DNA from: an uncultured Bacillales bacterium
Lineage (GTDB): Bacteria; Bacillota_I; Bacilli_A; RFN20; CAG-826
Reading direction: 5' to 3'
DNA length: 64,000 nucleotides
Assembly (NCBI GenBank): GCA_946414915.1
Contig: CAMKQK010000001.1
Location: forward strand, 20,335 to 84,334
Shown: positions 1-9,743 of the stretch, in pieces
How positions within the stretch are numbered: position 1 is the stretch's first letter
Layout: each line of letters opens with the position of its first letter
Position numbers and translations under genes: made by a program
The notes under the pieces: model-generated
Told to the model about the DNA's origin: nothing
What the model saw: only the letters and a program-made list of their open reading frames with translations
Databases searched by the model: none

Positions 1-796
1 GATAGTAGTCTTGGTTAACTGTACAAATAAAGTTACAAAGATTGATATCGATATTAAACGCGGATTTATCGTTAAACAAATCAGCGATGAGTTTTGGATT
101 CTCACTTTCAAGAACTGCGTGGTTCTTTTCTACAAAATACGCTTCTTTAATTGTGTCCACTATAACGTTCTTACACGCAGTTACTAAATCATTAACAATA
201 TTATTAAAGTATTCATCACTTAAGAATTTATTATCGTAGTTATTAACTAGTTCTTCTTTCTTTTCTAAAGGAAGTTTATCTAATTGCTTACATAAATCGA
301 TAATGACTTTCTTCGTATTTCTATCAGTATCGATATTAAACTTCACTAGTGTTTTCACTAAACGGTTACATTTATCTTCATCGTTATAGTATTCATTAAA
401 TATCTCATCGAGATAAACACTCTTCTTCGCGGAGATAACGTCACTATTAACTAGGTTAACATTAGAAGAGATACCTAATGCATCAGCGTACATCACGACA
501 AGGAATCTCGCAAAAGAGTCAAATGTTTGGATATGCGCAGAGGCGACTTGTTCCGCGATATCTTCTTTACCTCTTTCTTTGAAAGTGGCGATAATACGAT
601 CACGCATTTCGTGAGCGGCATTATCGGTAAAAGTTAACACTAAAAGTTCACTTGGTTTTACTTCACCTTTATCAATAATGGTGAAAACCTTTTCCGCGAG
701 TGTTCTTGTTTTACCGCTACCGGCACCGGCGGCCACTAAAACGTTTTTAGAGATAGGAGCGCTAATCGCTAGTGATTGTTCATTATTAAAACCCAT
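1..796 (-). CDS. addA: ATP-dependent helicase/nuclease subunit A (AddA/RexA), N-terminal part; gene runs off the window start
   Basis: Reverse-strand ATG at 796-794 gives MGFNNEQSLAISAPISKNVLVAAGAGSGKTRTLAEKV...TFTDNAAHEMRDRI, a UvrD/PcrA-type Walker A and motif Ia. It starts 2 nt after the addB stop. No stop codon before position 1, so the gene is partial. Confidence 0.55.
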   Translation of the reverse strand, partial: MGFNNEQSLAISAPISKNVLVAAGAGSGKTRTLAEKVFTIIDKGEVKPSELLVLTFTDNAAHEMRDRIIATFKERGKEDIAEQVASAHIQTFDSFARFLVVMYADALGISSNVNLVNSDVISAKKSVYLDEIFNEYYNDEDKCNRLVKTLVKFNIDTDRNTKKVIIDLCKQLDKLPLEKKEELVNNYDNKFLSDEYFNNIVNDLVTACKNVIVDTIKEAYFVEKNHAVLESENPKLIADLFNDKSAFNIDINLCNFICTVNQDYY

Positions 797-798
797 GA

Positions 799-3234
799 TT
801 ACTTAGCTCCTTTCTTAAAGTGTTTAAGGACATCTTTTTTATAGTCTTTCGCATCATATTTATTACGGTAACAAACGCGACGATATGGACAGTTATTACA
901 AGCTGTCTTATTAATATCGAAATCAAGTAATGAATATGATGTTGGTTCGATGACGAAATCCGCAGCGCATATTCTGTGAATCGCGTTAATCGCTGCTTTC
1001 TTCGCATCACCCACTAAATCTTCTAAGTTATATCTTGGAAGACCAATACCACCATCTTTGATGATGATTTCATCAGAGTCCGCTTCTTTAAATTGATGTT
1101 TAAGTTGTAAAAGGTCTCCCCCATTACTTTTAATCGAACCATCTTCTTTAATTGAAGATGAATCAATTGAAGAGATATAAGTAATAGCGTCCTTACTAAT
1201 ACCGGATAAACGGGATTGTTGTAATAATCGTTTTTCTTTTAAGTATGGTCCATTCGTTTCTTTTAAAGCACCCTTAATCGTAGAGAAGGAAACATGTTGA
1301 ATATAGAAACCACCAAACTCTCCACCTTTAGTGAATTGATCTGGTTGGATATTGTTTTCAATCGCATAGTAATAAAGAGGTAATTGAATGGATTTACCTA
1401 AGAACACTTCAAAAGGATTAAATTCTTCACTACCGGTTTTATAGTCCACGATTGAGTAATATTTATGGCCATTGCTTTCAGAGACAATGATTTTATCAAT
1501 CTTGCCATAGAAGTTATATGTTTCATTGTTTTCATCTTCTAAATAGAACTCAATTGATCTTTCAAAGTCATCATCCACTGGTTTAACAAAGTTGATGCCG
1601 TCCGTAGCCCGTTGATATGATTTAACAAACCTTCTTAACCAGGTTTGTGATATTTCTAATAAGGCTTTATCTCTTGGAGTTGGGGTAATACCCACTTTTT
1701 CAAATTCTTGATAGTAGGCCTCTTCCCCTTCTTTTAAAGCATCTTCAAAGACATAGTCTAAATGATTAAACTTCTCAAAGACTTTATGAATCGCAGTGCC
1801 AATAAATCTCTTTGAATAATCATTTTTCGTAAGTGGGATGAGCTTACTCACATAGTATTTAAATGGGCAGTTAATAAAGCTTTCCAAGCCCGTTACCGAC
1901 CAGGTTGATTTTCTAAATTCATCACCCGCATTAATGCCTTTAAATGATGGGTCATAAGCGTTGAAGACGTTAGAGTCAAACTTAATACCAGATTTATTTA
2001 ATACAGTGGAACTATATAAGTAGGCTGCATCAGTAGTAAAGGTTGGAATTTCTAAATCATCCTCGTATTTAATCTTTTTACCTTTCCAAATATCGTTAAG
2101 TAATGGAGAATCAAAGATCTTATCCCCTAAGTGTCTTTCTACACGTGATACCACTGCGACATTGTTATGTCTTAAGAAGTTAATCTTATTTCTTCTTTCC
2201 ATTGCTGTTTTGATATAGGAAGTGTTGTAGCTCACTTCTTTTAATTCAGCATCAGAAAGAACATTATCGTCTTGATAAATCTTATAGAACTTATCGGAAT
2301 TGAAATTAGTGACGTAAGTAAAGAACGATGGATCAAATATAAACTTGTTAGAAATGACCACACCACCTGAACCAACAGGGATACGAGCGTTCTTGTTGCC
2401 CACTATTTCTAATAGGTTCGCATAGCTAAATGAAAACTTATCTAGTTTGTCTAAGCCATAGTATTCAATTATTTCTTTTAAGGCTTTGATATCTTGGTCT
2501 TCTAATTCTTCATTGGTAAACACAAATGTTTTAGTGTTATAGATTTGATTAATCTTTGCCTTCACACTTTTAACGGATATTAAAGGTCTTTCTTCTACAT
2601 AACAAACAGGGATACGGAATAACTCACTCATGATTTTGACATAGAAGATATCTTCATCCCCATTGATGATGATTCTTTGTTTTTGTTTTGGATTGTCTCT
2701 CGCTTTATCTCTCACCCAGGAGAAGATATAGAAGAACTGCGTCATCTTGTTTTCAAAGTAGATGATATTAGGGCTGATATAAGCGTTGTTCTTGTAAAGG
2801 TCTAATCCTTCAAGTCTAAGAAAACTATATGCTAGTCCGTTTCTTTTTAAGAATTCTTGAATAGCGATATCTTGTTCCATTTCAAATAAGAAGATATGAC
2901 TATCCCTTAATTCATATAGACCATACTCATCTTTAGCGAGATAGCCATTATCATTAAGTTTATTAAATAAATCCGTTAACTCTTTGTTTTTAAAAACATC
3001 CGCGGTTAAAAGGATATCTAAATACTTCTTGGCTTTCTTATAGCCAATACCTTCATTAATCAAAAAAGGAATTGGATCTTTAGAAAAGGAATATGAAACC
3101 TTATTGATTAAGTCATTACGACTAATGATCTTAATATCTAAATCTGGGTATTTATTCTTATATAAGAAAAGCGCGGCTTGATAGTCAAAATCCGCGACAA
3201 TAATGTTTTTGGATGGATAGAATGTTTCATGCAT
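799..3234 (-). CDS. addB: ATP-dependent helicase/nuclease subunit B (AddB/RexB)
   Basis: 811 aa. C-terminal RecB-family nuclease motif DYKTGSE flanked by an Fe-S cluster cysteine signature (INCPFKYY upstream, ACNNCPYRRVC downstream). Immediately followed by the UvrD-like addA in the addB-addA order. Confidence 0.6.
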   Translation of the reverse strand: MHETFYPSKNIIVADFDYQAALFLYKNKYPDLDIKIISRNDLINKVSYSFSKDPIPFLINEGIGYKKAKKYLDILLTADVFKNKELTDLFNKLNDNGYLAKDEYGLYELRDSHIFLFEMEQDIAIQEFLKRNGLAYSFLRLEGLDLYKNNAYISPNIIYFENKMTQFFYIFSWVRDKARDNPKQKQRIIINGDEDIFYVKIMSELFRIPVCYVEERPLISVKSVKAKINQIYNTKTFVFTNEELEDQDIKALKEIIEYYGLDKLDKFSFSYANLLEIVGNKNARIPVGSGGVVISNKFIFDPSFFTYVTNFNSDKFYKIYQDDNVLSDAELKEVSYNTSYIKTAMERRNKINFLRHNNVAVVSRVERHLGDKIFDSPLLNDIWKGKKIKYEDDLEIPTFTTDAAYLYSSTVLNKSGIKFDSNVFNAYDPSFKGINAGDEFRKSTWSVTGLESFINCPFKYYVSKLIPLTKNDYSKRFIGTAIHKVFEKFNHLDYVFEDALKEGEEAYYQEFEKVGITPTPRDKALLEISQTWLRRFVKSYQRATDGINFVKPVDDDFERSIEFYLEDENNETYNFYGKIDKIIVSESNGHKYYSIVDYKTGSEEFNPFEVFLGKSIQLPLYYYAIENNIQPDQFTKGGEFGGFYIQHVSFSTIKGALKETNGPYLKEKRLLQQSRLSGISKDAITYISSIDSSSIKEDGSIKSNGGDLLQLKHQFKEADSDEIIIKDGGIGLPRYNLEDLVGDAKKAAINAIHRICAADFVIEPTSYSLLDFDINKTACNNCPYRRVCYRNKYDAKDYKKDVLKHFKKGAK

Positions 3235-3340
3235 ACACGTATATTATAAACTCTTTTTCTATTTTTTTAAAAAATATTAAAAGTGTTTACTCTGTTAAAA
3301 ACATGATGACATCTTCCTTTTTTAAGAGGCTACTTATTTT

Positions 3341-3365
3341 CTTATTCTTTTCCTTTAAGAATAAG
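3341..3365. promoter_or_regulatory. 9-bp inverted repeat (CTTATTCTT-N7-AAGAATAAG) overlapping the putative thyA promoter
   Basis: Perfect 9-bp arms. Right arm abuts a TTAAGA -35-like hexamer; TATAAT lies at 3377-3382, 22 nt before the thyA ATG. Candidate operator. Confidence 0.25.
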
Positions 3366-3404
3366 GGATTTTTTCTTATAATGTTTACATTGTGAGGTAA
3401 TACT

Positions 3405-4235
3405 ATGTCAAAAGCAGATGAAATTTTTGTTAATAACATGAAAGACATTCTTGAAAATGGTTTTTGGGACACCGAATTAAAGGTCAGACCACACTGGGAG
3501 GATGGCACTCCTGCGCATACAGTCAAAAAGTTCTGTATTGTGAACCGTTATAATCTTCAAGAAGAATTACCAATCTTAACAATTAGAAGAACTGCTTTTA
3601 AGAGTTGCTTAGATGAATTACTTTGGATTTGGCAAAAGAAGTCCAATAACATTCATGATTTAAATTCTCACATTTGGGATTCCTGGGCTGATGAAAATGG
3701 TTCCATTGGTAAAGCTTATGGTTACCAATTAGCGAAGAAAAGCATCTATCCAGAAGGTGAATTCGATCAAGTCGATAGAGTTTTGTTTGATTTAAAGCAT
3801 AATCCTCAATCAAGAAGAATTATGACCAATATTTATAACTTCGAGGACTTACATGAAATGGGTTTATATCCATGCGCTTATTCCATGACATTCAATGTCA
3901 GTGGCGATACATTAAACGGCATCTTAAATCAAAGAAGTAATGACATGTTAACTGCGAATAACTGGAATGTTTTGCAATACGCAATTTTATTAATGATGTT
4001 TGCTCAAGTCTCTGGCTTAAAAGCGGGCGAACTCGTCCACGTTATCGCTGACGCGCATATTTATGATAGACACGTTGATATCGTTAAAGAAGTGATCTCT
4101 AAACCACAACACAAAGCACCTAAATTAAGAATTAATCCAAACGTCAAAAACTTCTATGACTTCAAATTAGAAGACTTTGAATTAATTGATTATGAATACG
4201 AACCTTTAGATAAGAAGATTCCGGTGGCTATCTAA
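3405..4235 (+). CDS. thyA: thymidylate synthase
   Basis: 276 aa ThyA-like protein with active-site region LYPCAYSMTFNV and typical ThyA length. AGGTAA RBS upstream. Confidence 0.93.
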   Translation: MSKADEIFVNNMKDILENGFWDTELKVRPHWEDGTPAHTVKKFCIVNRYNLQEELPILTIRRTAFKSCLDELLWIWQKKSNNIHDLNSHIWDSWADENGSIGKAYGYQLAKKSIYPEGEFDQVDRVLFDLKHNPQSRRIMTNIYNFEDLHEMGLYPCAYSMTFNVSGDTLNGILNQRSNDMLTANNWNVLQYAILLMMFAQVSGLKAGELVHVIADAHIYDRHVDIVKEVISKPQHKAPKLRINPNVKNFYDFKLEDFELIDYEYEPLDKKIPVAI

Positions 4236-4236
4236 T

Positions 4237-4749
4237 ATGATTATCTCGATTCTTAACTGCGATAAAAAATTTGGTATTGGTAAAAGAAACGGGCTACTGT
4301 TCTCTTTACCTTTAGATATGAAGTTCTTTAGAGAGACCACTAAAGGGCATGTGGTTTGTATGGGTGAAAATACTTTATTGTCCTTCCCAAATAGCCAACC
4401 ACTGAAAAATAGAACACATATTGTTTTATCCCAAGATCCAACACATAACTATGAAGGAGTCATTAATGTTCATACATTTGAAGACTTCCTAAGAAAGATG
4501 AAAGAATATGAAACAAGCGACACGGTATTCGTTATCGGTGGCGCTTCTATCTATAGACAAACTCTTCCTTACGTTGATGAAGTCTATTTAACTAAGGTCA
4601 ACGCGGATGGAGGAGCGGAAGTCTTCTTCGTTAATTTAGATGAAAATCCAGACTTTGAGTGTATCGATGAAGGTACACCAGTGATGGATGGAGATTTAGA
4701 AATCAGATTTACAACATATAAAAACAAGAACAAGAAAGAAATTATCTAG
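4237..4749 (+). CDS. folA: dihydrofolate reductase
   Basis: 170 aa. N-terminal MIISILNCDKKFGIGKRNGLLFSLPLDMKFF and the VIGGASIY glycine motif are typical DHFR. Starts 1 nt after the thyA stop (classic thyA-folA pair). Confidence 0.88.
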   Translation: MIISILNCDKKFGIGKRNGLLFSLPLDMKFFRETTKGHVVCMGENTLLSFPNSQPLKNRTHIVLSQDPTHNYEGVINVHTFEDFLRKMKEYETSDTVFVIGGASIYRQTLPYVDEVYLTKVNADGGAEVFFVNLDENPDFECIDEGTPVMDGDLEIRFTTYKNKNKKEII

Positions 4750-4750
4750 T

Positions 4751-5752
4751 ATGAAAAACAACATCTATCCAAAAAACTATCAAAGTGTTCTTAACTTAGT
4801 GGACACACAAATCGCGATTAAGTTAATCAAAGACACCTTTGAAAGAGAACTCGCTAAAGATTTAAAACTAATTCGTGTCAGCGCTCCACTATTCGTGGAA
4901 CCAAACACTGGTTTAAACGATAACTTAAATGGTTATGAACAACCAGTGGGTTTTGCTGTCAACGAAAACGGACAAGATTTAGAAATCGTTCAATCCTTAG
5001 CGAAATGGAAAAGATATGCTTTAAAGAAATATGATATCGATGGTCTATATACCGACATGAATGCGATTAGAAGATTTGAAGATCTTGATAATATGCACTC
5101 ATTATATGTTGACCAATGGGACTGGGAAAAAAGACTAACTAGTGAGGAAAGAAACGTTAAGACTTTAAAACGCACAGTTAAGAAGATTTACAAATCTTTC
5201 TTAAAGACATATCGCTTATTAGTGAAACGTTATCCAGAACTCGTTAACGATAACTTACCAAAAGACATTGCCTTTGTGACCACTAAGCAGTTAGAAGCTA
5301 AATATCCAAACATGAGCAGAAAAGAAAGAGAAAACGCTCTTGCTAAAGAATATGGTGCGGTCTTCTTAATGCAAATCGGTGGTAACCTAAAAGACGGCAA
5401 ACCACATGATGGTAGAGCCGCGGACTATGATGATTGGAAACTAAACGGAGATATCTTACTTTGGTATGAACCACTACAAATTGCTTTTGAAATAAGCAGT
5501 ATGGGTATTAGAGTTAATAAAGAATCATTAATCAAGCAACTCAAAGCCAAAGGTGAAATGAGCAAGGTTAATCTTCCATACCACCAATTAGTGCTCAATG
5601 AACAAATCCCACTTTCTATCGGTGGAGGTATTGGTCAATCCAGACTTTGTATGTACTTATTAAAAAAGATCCACATCGGAGAAGTGCAATCCTCCTATTG
5701 GCCTGAAGAAGATATTAAAGAATTTAAGAAATATAACGTTGAGCTACTTTAG
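4751..5752 (+). CDS. asnA: aspartate--ammonia ligase (asparagine synthetase A)
   Basis: 333 aa. AsnA-type class II aaRS-like core (SAPLFVE, QSLAKWKR, DWEKR, SIGGGIGQSRL). Starts 1 nt after the folA stop. Confidence 0.85.
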   Translation: MKNNIYPKNYQSVLNLVDTQIAIKLIKDTFERELAKDLKLIRVSAPLFVEPNTGLNDNLNGYEQPVGFAVNENGQDLEIVQSLAKWKRYALKKYDIDGLYTDMNAIRRFEDLDNMHSLYVDQWDWEKRLTSEERNVKTLKRTVKKIYKSFLKTYRLLVKRYPELVNDNLPKDIAFVTTKQLEAKYPNMSRKERENALAKEYGAVFLMQIGGNLKDGKPHDGRAADYDDWKLNGDILLWYEPLQIAFEISSMGIRVNKESLIKQLKAKGEMSKVNLPYHQLVLNEQIPLSIGGGIGQSRLCMYLLKKIHIGEVQSSYWPEEDIKEFKKYNVELL

Positions 5753-6616
5753 TAAGTTAAGTAATTCGCCAAAGTTATTGATAAAGAGGTGAGAATTCAT
5801 CCTCTTTTCTTTATTGTACTTTTCACTAGCCTTGTCATTAACGGCAACAGTTAAGAAACCTGCTTTGTAAGCAGTCTTCACACAAGTCGGCATATCTTCA
5901 AGCACTAAGACTCTTTCCTTATCTACATGCATTTGTTCTGCAAGATATTCATAGATCTTCGCGCTATGTTTGCCTTCTTTAACATTGTTGACATCAGCGA
6001 TATATGTGAAATATTTATCTAAGCCAAGTCTTTTAATGCATGGCATATATAATGTATCGTCATTCGCTGTAGCGATTGCCATTGGAATATTATTCTTTTT
6101 AAAGAATTCGAGTAACGCTAAAGAATAGTCTTTTAGTTTCACATCGTTTGCGTACATATCAATGGACATTTGATGCCATTCATCCATGATTTCTTGTTCG
6201 CTTTCTTTAATGCCGTATGTATTCTTAGTAAATTTAGCCGCTTCTTTTAAACCAAGATGCACAATATTTTGAGCGTAATCACTTGGTAATTCCATTCCTC
6301 TTTTAGAGAAGAACTTCTTATCAATTTCATGCCATAGACTTGTGGAATCAATTAATGTTCCATCCATATCAAAGATAACCGCATCGAATCTACGACCATT
6401 TATTGCTAAATAGTTTTGTTCTGGTTTAACTTCGTGGGCTAAAGCAAGGATCAATGTTGGAATAGCCATAATGACCGTTGCGCCAAGAAAGCCAACACCA
6501 AACCAAAATAAAGCGCCAGTACTAAAGAAAGCAATAGAGGTGATTAAAAGCATTCCTGTAATCACATACAAGATAATTTGTAATGAACTAATCTTTCTTT
6601 TCTTTACTTCGCTCAT
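5744..6616 (-). CDS. HAD-superfamily hydrolase with N-terminal membrane anchor (two TM helices)
   Basis: 290 aa. Hydrophobic N-terminus, then HAD motif I (AVIFDMDGTLIDS) and downstream HAD motifs. Overlaps the birA stop by 4 nt. Confidence 0.7.
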   Translation of the reverse strand: MSEVKKRKISSLQIILYVITGMLLITSIAFFSTGALFWFGVGFLGATVIMAIPTLILALAHEVKPEQNYLAINGRRFDAVIFDMDGTLIDSTSLWHEIDKKFFSKRGMELPSDYAQNIVHLGLKEAAKFTKNTYGIKESEQEIMDEWHQMSIDMYANDVKLKDYSLALLEFFKKNNIPMAIATANDDTLYMPCIKRLGLDKYFTYIADVNNVKEGKHSAKIYEYLAEQMHVDKERVLVLEDMPTCVKTAYKAGFLTVAVNDKASEKYNKEKRMNSHLFINNFGELLNLLK

Positions 6617-7335
6617 AATATTTCTATTTCGCCACTATCAATATGTAAAAGCATACCATGAGTGGCGACTTGAAGACAAAAAGAATTATCGATTCCCACT
6701 ACTTCACCAATGAATGTTTGATTATTAACAACGGCCTTAACTCTTTTATTTAATAAATAGTTATGTTTCCTAAAGAATTCTAAAGACTTATCTAAATCTA
6801 AATTAGTTAAAGAATTCACTAGTGAAGGAAATAGCTTTTCTTTAAGTTCTTCGATATTAATATCTTTCTTATACTCTAAGCACAACGATGTCGCCGGTCT
6901 TCTTAATCCTTCAGGAAATTTCTTTTGATTAACATTAAGACCAATGCCCACGACCATATAATCAGGTAGCTGACCTTCTGCGAGAATGCCACACACCTTC
7001 TTATCATTAATTAAGACGTCGTTAGGCCATTTTATACTCACATGCTTGATTTTATATGTCTCTAATACTTTTGCGACCTCTACTGCGCTTAAAAGGGAAA
7101 TAATTGGTGATTGCTTCAATAAACTCTCATCCTTAATTAAAAATGAGAACATGAGGTTTTCACCCGGTTCACTAGACCAAGTTCGATCGTTTCTACCTTT
7201 ACCATGACTTTGATAATCAGTGGACACAAAAGTAAAGTTACTTAATAACTTATAAGTATTTTTTATATATGTATTCGTAGAATCTATTTCTTGGAAATGA
7301 ATTTGATGATATTGCATGTGTTTATTGTAAAACAA
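6613..7335 (-). CDS. birA: biotin--[acetyl-CoA-carboxylase] ligase, group I (no HTH domain)
   Basis: 240 aa. FQEIDSTNTYI start of the BirA catalytic domain, GRGRNDRTW, KWPNDVL. Likely TTG start at 7335 with a GGAGG SD 5 nt upstream; alternative ATG at 7317. Sits beside biotin-dependent decarboxylase genes. Confidence 0.8.
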   Translation of the reverse strand: MFYNKHMQYHQIHFQEIDSTNTYIKNTYKLLSNFTFVSTDYQSHGKGRNDRTWSSEPGENLMFSFLIKDESLLKQSPIISLLSAVEVAKVLETYKIKHVSIKWPNDVLINDKKVCGILAEGQLPDYMVVGIGLNVNQKKFPEGLRRPATSLCLEYKKDINIEELKEKLFPSLVNSLTNLDLDKSLEFFRKHNYLLNKRVKAVVNNQTFIGEVVGIDNSFCLQVATHGMLLHIDSGEIEIL

Positions 7336-7368
7336 AAAAGCCTCCGCTTTAAGCGAAGACTGTTTTTA

Positions 7369-7623
7369 TTACCATTCTTCATTTGGATAATAGGAAGTTA
7401 GTCGACTAATGTTTTCTTTTTCCCCATTTTTGATTTTATTAAAAGTTTTTGAATCGGATTGAATAAGGAGTGTCTCTAGCATGCTATTGTAAATATTTTC
7501 GGAAACTAAATAGCATCCTTTCCCATCATTACGTTTTATGAGTATAGGAGAGGACGTATCAAGCACTTCTTCCAAGAGCCTACTAAAATTTTGCTTTGCT
7601 TTGCTAATGTTAACAGTCTTCAT
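7369..7623 (-). CDS. yefM: Phd/YefM-family type II antitoxin-like protein, no cognate toxin gene adjacent
   Basis: 84 aa, MKTVNISKAKQNFSRLLEEV...PILIKRNDGKGCYLVSENIYNSMLETL, close in pattern to E. coli YefM. Own TATAAT immediately upstream. Followed directly by the birA SD/terminator region; no YoeB/Doc-like ORF on either side. Confidence 0.65.
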   Translation of the reverse strand: MKTVNISKAKQNFSRLLEEVLDTSSPILIKRNDGKGCYLVSENIYNSMLETLLIQSDSKTFNKIKNGEKENISRLTSYYPNEEW

Positions 7624-7635
7624 ATTTTACATTAT

Positions 7636-7666
7636 AGCAAAAAGCACGAGATGATGTCCCGTGCTT
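7636..7666 (-). terminator. intrinsic terminator after oadB
   Basis: Minus-strand hairpin AAGCACG-N11-CGTGCTT followed by UUUUUGC. Lies between the oadB stop and the yefM promoter. Confidence 0.45.
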
Positions 7667-7687
7667 GTAAATAGTTGGGTTTTCTAA

Positions 7688-9082
7688 TTATGCAAATAAG
7701 AGGAGTAAGACGCCAGCGGCAACGGCAGAGCCGATAACACCAGCAACGTTTGGACCCATTGCGTGCATGAGTAAGAAGTTTGTTGGATCTTCTCTTAAAC
7801 CTTCCTTATGGACGACACGAGCCGCCATTGGAACCGCACTAACACCAGCAGCGCCAATCATTGGGTTAACCTTGCCCTTAGTTAAGACGCACATTAACTT
7901 GCCACCTAACACACCAGCCGCTGTAGCGACGGAGAAGGCAATGATACCTAAGACGAAGATTAAGATGGTATCCACTGTTAAGAATGTTTGAGCATCAGCG
8001 GTGCAACCAACACAGACACCTAATAAGATGGTAACGATATACATTAATGTATTCGCTAAGGTATCTCTAATCTTTGGTACGACGTTACATTCTTTAATTA
8101 AGTTACCAAGCATTAAGCAACCGATTAATGGCGCCGCACTTGGAACGAGTAAACATGTAATCGCGGTAACAACGATTGGGAAGAGAATCTTTTCAGTCTT
8201 AGAAACTTCTCTTGGAGTTTCCATTCTGATGGCTCTTTCTTTTTTAGTTGTTAATAAGCGAATGATTGGTGGTTGAATCACAGGCACTAAAGCCATGTAT
8301 GAGTACGCCACAATCGCGATGGATGATAAGTATTCAGGTGCTAACTTTGTGGTCACTAAGATAGCGGTTGGGCCATCCGCGCCACCGATAATACCAATAG
8401 CGGAAGCTGTTCTAGCGGTGAAGCCTGTCCAGCCTAAGCCATTCTTACCTAAAGCGATAGCACCGATGAAGGTGATAAAGATACCGACTTGAGCAGCGGC
8501 ACCTAATAACATAGTTTTCTTGTTAGCAATTAATGGACCAAAGTCTGTGGTCGCACCAATGCAGAGGAAGATTAAGCATGGGTAAATACCCCACTTAACT
8601 CCGTAATATAAGTATCCGAAGATACCGGTGTAGTCATAACTATATAAATGGTCAACATTACTAGCAATTGCAGTAGCAATATTTTCTGAGTAGCCTAAGC
8701 CTCCCATTTTGCCAATGAATCCTGCATCCATAACTAGGTTATGTAATTCAAGAGTGGTTGCTTGATCTTTGCCAATAAGGCTAAAGATATCCTTAGCAAT
8801 ATCGTTATCTACCCCAGCGACAGCGCCTGCGAGCATACTAGCGTCATAGACGGTTGTGCCTTTCGCAAATAATTCATTAGCGACACCTGGTAAGTTAACG
8901 AGTAACATACCAAATGCAATTGGTAAGAGTAAGTATGGCTCAAAGTCTTTCTTAATGGCGAGGAACAAAAGGACACACGCCACTAAAATCATGATTAAAT
9001 TGAGCCAGCCTCCATTTTGGAAAAAGCCTGCTATACCGGAACCTTGGAAAAACGCGACAATTGTATTCCAAAATTTTTCCAT
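7688..9082 (-). CDS. oadB: Na+-transporting oxaloacetate (or related) decarboxylase beta subunit
   Basis: 464 aa polytopic membrane protein with OadB/GcdB-family signature stretches (MEKFWNTIV..., GAADGPTA, NLIKE). Confidence 0.88.
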   Translation of the reverse strand: MEKFWNTIVAFFQGSGIAGFFQNGGWLNLIMILVACVLLFLAIKKDFEPYLLLPIAFGMLLVNLPGVANELFAKGTTVYDASMLAGAVAGVDNDIAKDIFSLIGKDQATTLELHNLVMDAGFIGKMGGLGYSENIATAIASNVDHLYSYDYTGIFGYLYYGVKWGIYPCLIFLCIGATTDFGPLIANKKTMLLGAAAQVGIFITFIGAIALGKNGLGWTGFTARTASAIGIIGGADGPTAILVTTKLAPEYLSSIAIVAYSYMALVPVIQPPIIRLLTTKKERAIRMETPREVSKTEKILFPIVVTAITCLLVPSAAPLIGCLMLGNLIKECNVVPKIRDTLANTLMYIVTILLGVCVGCTADAQTFLTVDTILIFVLGIIAFSVATAAGVLGGKLMCVLTKGKVNPMIGAAGVSAVPMAARVVHKEGLREDPTNFLLMHAMGPNVAGVIGSAVAAGVLLLLFA

Positions 9083-9096
9083 AATTCTCTTTTCCG

Positions 9097-9441
9097 TTAT
9101 TCAATAGTAATAATGACTTCTTTGGCCTTAACGTTTTGACCTTTGGTCACTAAGATTTGTGCAATTTGACCTTCGAATGGAGAAACGACTTCGTTTTCAA
9201 GTTTCATTGCTTCGATAATCACTAAGACGTCACCTTTCTTGACTTTATCGCCAACTTTAACTTTGACGTTTGTGACTTGACCTTGGATTGGAGAAGGAAC
9301 TTCTTTGGCACCATTGGTGTTCACGATTTTATTTGTTTCTTGTTTTTTCTTTTCTTCTAATGGAACTGTATCCACTTGTTCAATGGCTTCGAGTTCAACA
9401 CGGTACGCTTTACCGTTAACTTTAATCTTATAAATCTTCAT
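9097..9441 (-). CDS. biotin carboxyl carrier / biotinyl domain protein of the decarboxylase complex
   Basis: 114 aa. C-terminal biotinyl-lysine motif (IIEAMKLENEV) in a typical hammerhead domain. Confidence 0.8.
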   Translation of the reverse strand: MKIYKIKVNGKAYRVELEAIEQVDTVPLEEKKKQETNKIVNTNGAKEVPSPIQGQVTNVKVKVGDKVKKGDVLVIIEAMKLENEVVSPFEGQIAQILVTKGQNVKAKEVIITIE

Positions 9442-9444
9442 AAT

Positions 9445-9741
9445 TTAGTCCTCAATTCTTTTAATTGAAACAATACGTACTTCTTTCCCTGTTTCACGAT
9501 AGAAATCCATTGACGCGACTAAGGCAGCGACAACAGCATTTGGATCTTCGCTAAGAATCTTATTTTCTTCCTTAGGTAAGATGTTTGTGGAGGCATCGAA
9601 TTTCTCCATACCTTTTTGCATCGACCAAGTAATGAAAATGATAATAGCGAGAACAAGGAAGACGATGAATATAGCAATGACTGCGACCAATAAAGAATCG
9701 ACCACGGTCATTGAATTCCAATCACTCCACACTGCTAGCAT
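9445..9741 (-). CDS. oadG: OadG-like decarboxylase gamma subunit (single TM)
   Basis: 98 aa with one N-terminal TM helix and a polar C-terminus. Positioned between the alpha and biotin-carrier genes as in oad/gcd/mmd operons. Confidence 0.6.
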   Translation of the reverse strand: MLAVWSDWNSMTVVDSLLVAVIAIFIVFLVLAIIIFITWSMQKGMEKFDASTNILPKEENKILSEDPNAVVAALVASMDFYRETGKEVRIVSIKRIED

Positions 9742-9743
9742 AA

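Noticed and set aside
786-1010. 74-aa minus-strand ORF spanning the addB/addA junction
   Set aside because: Alternative frame overlapping the addB 3' end; addA in a different frame has the UvrD Walker A motif.
7767-8492. Three plus-strand ORFs (74, 91, 65 aa)
   Set aside because: Antisense to oadB; Ala/Pro/Gly-rich mirror translations of a membrane protein gene.
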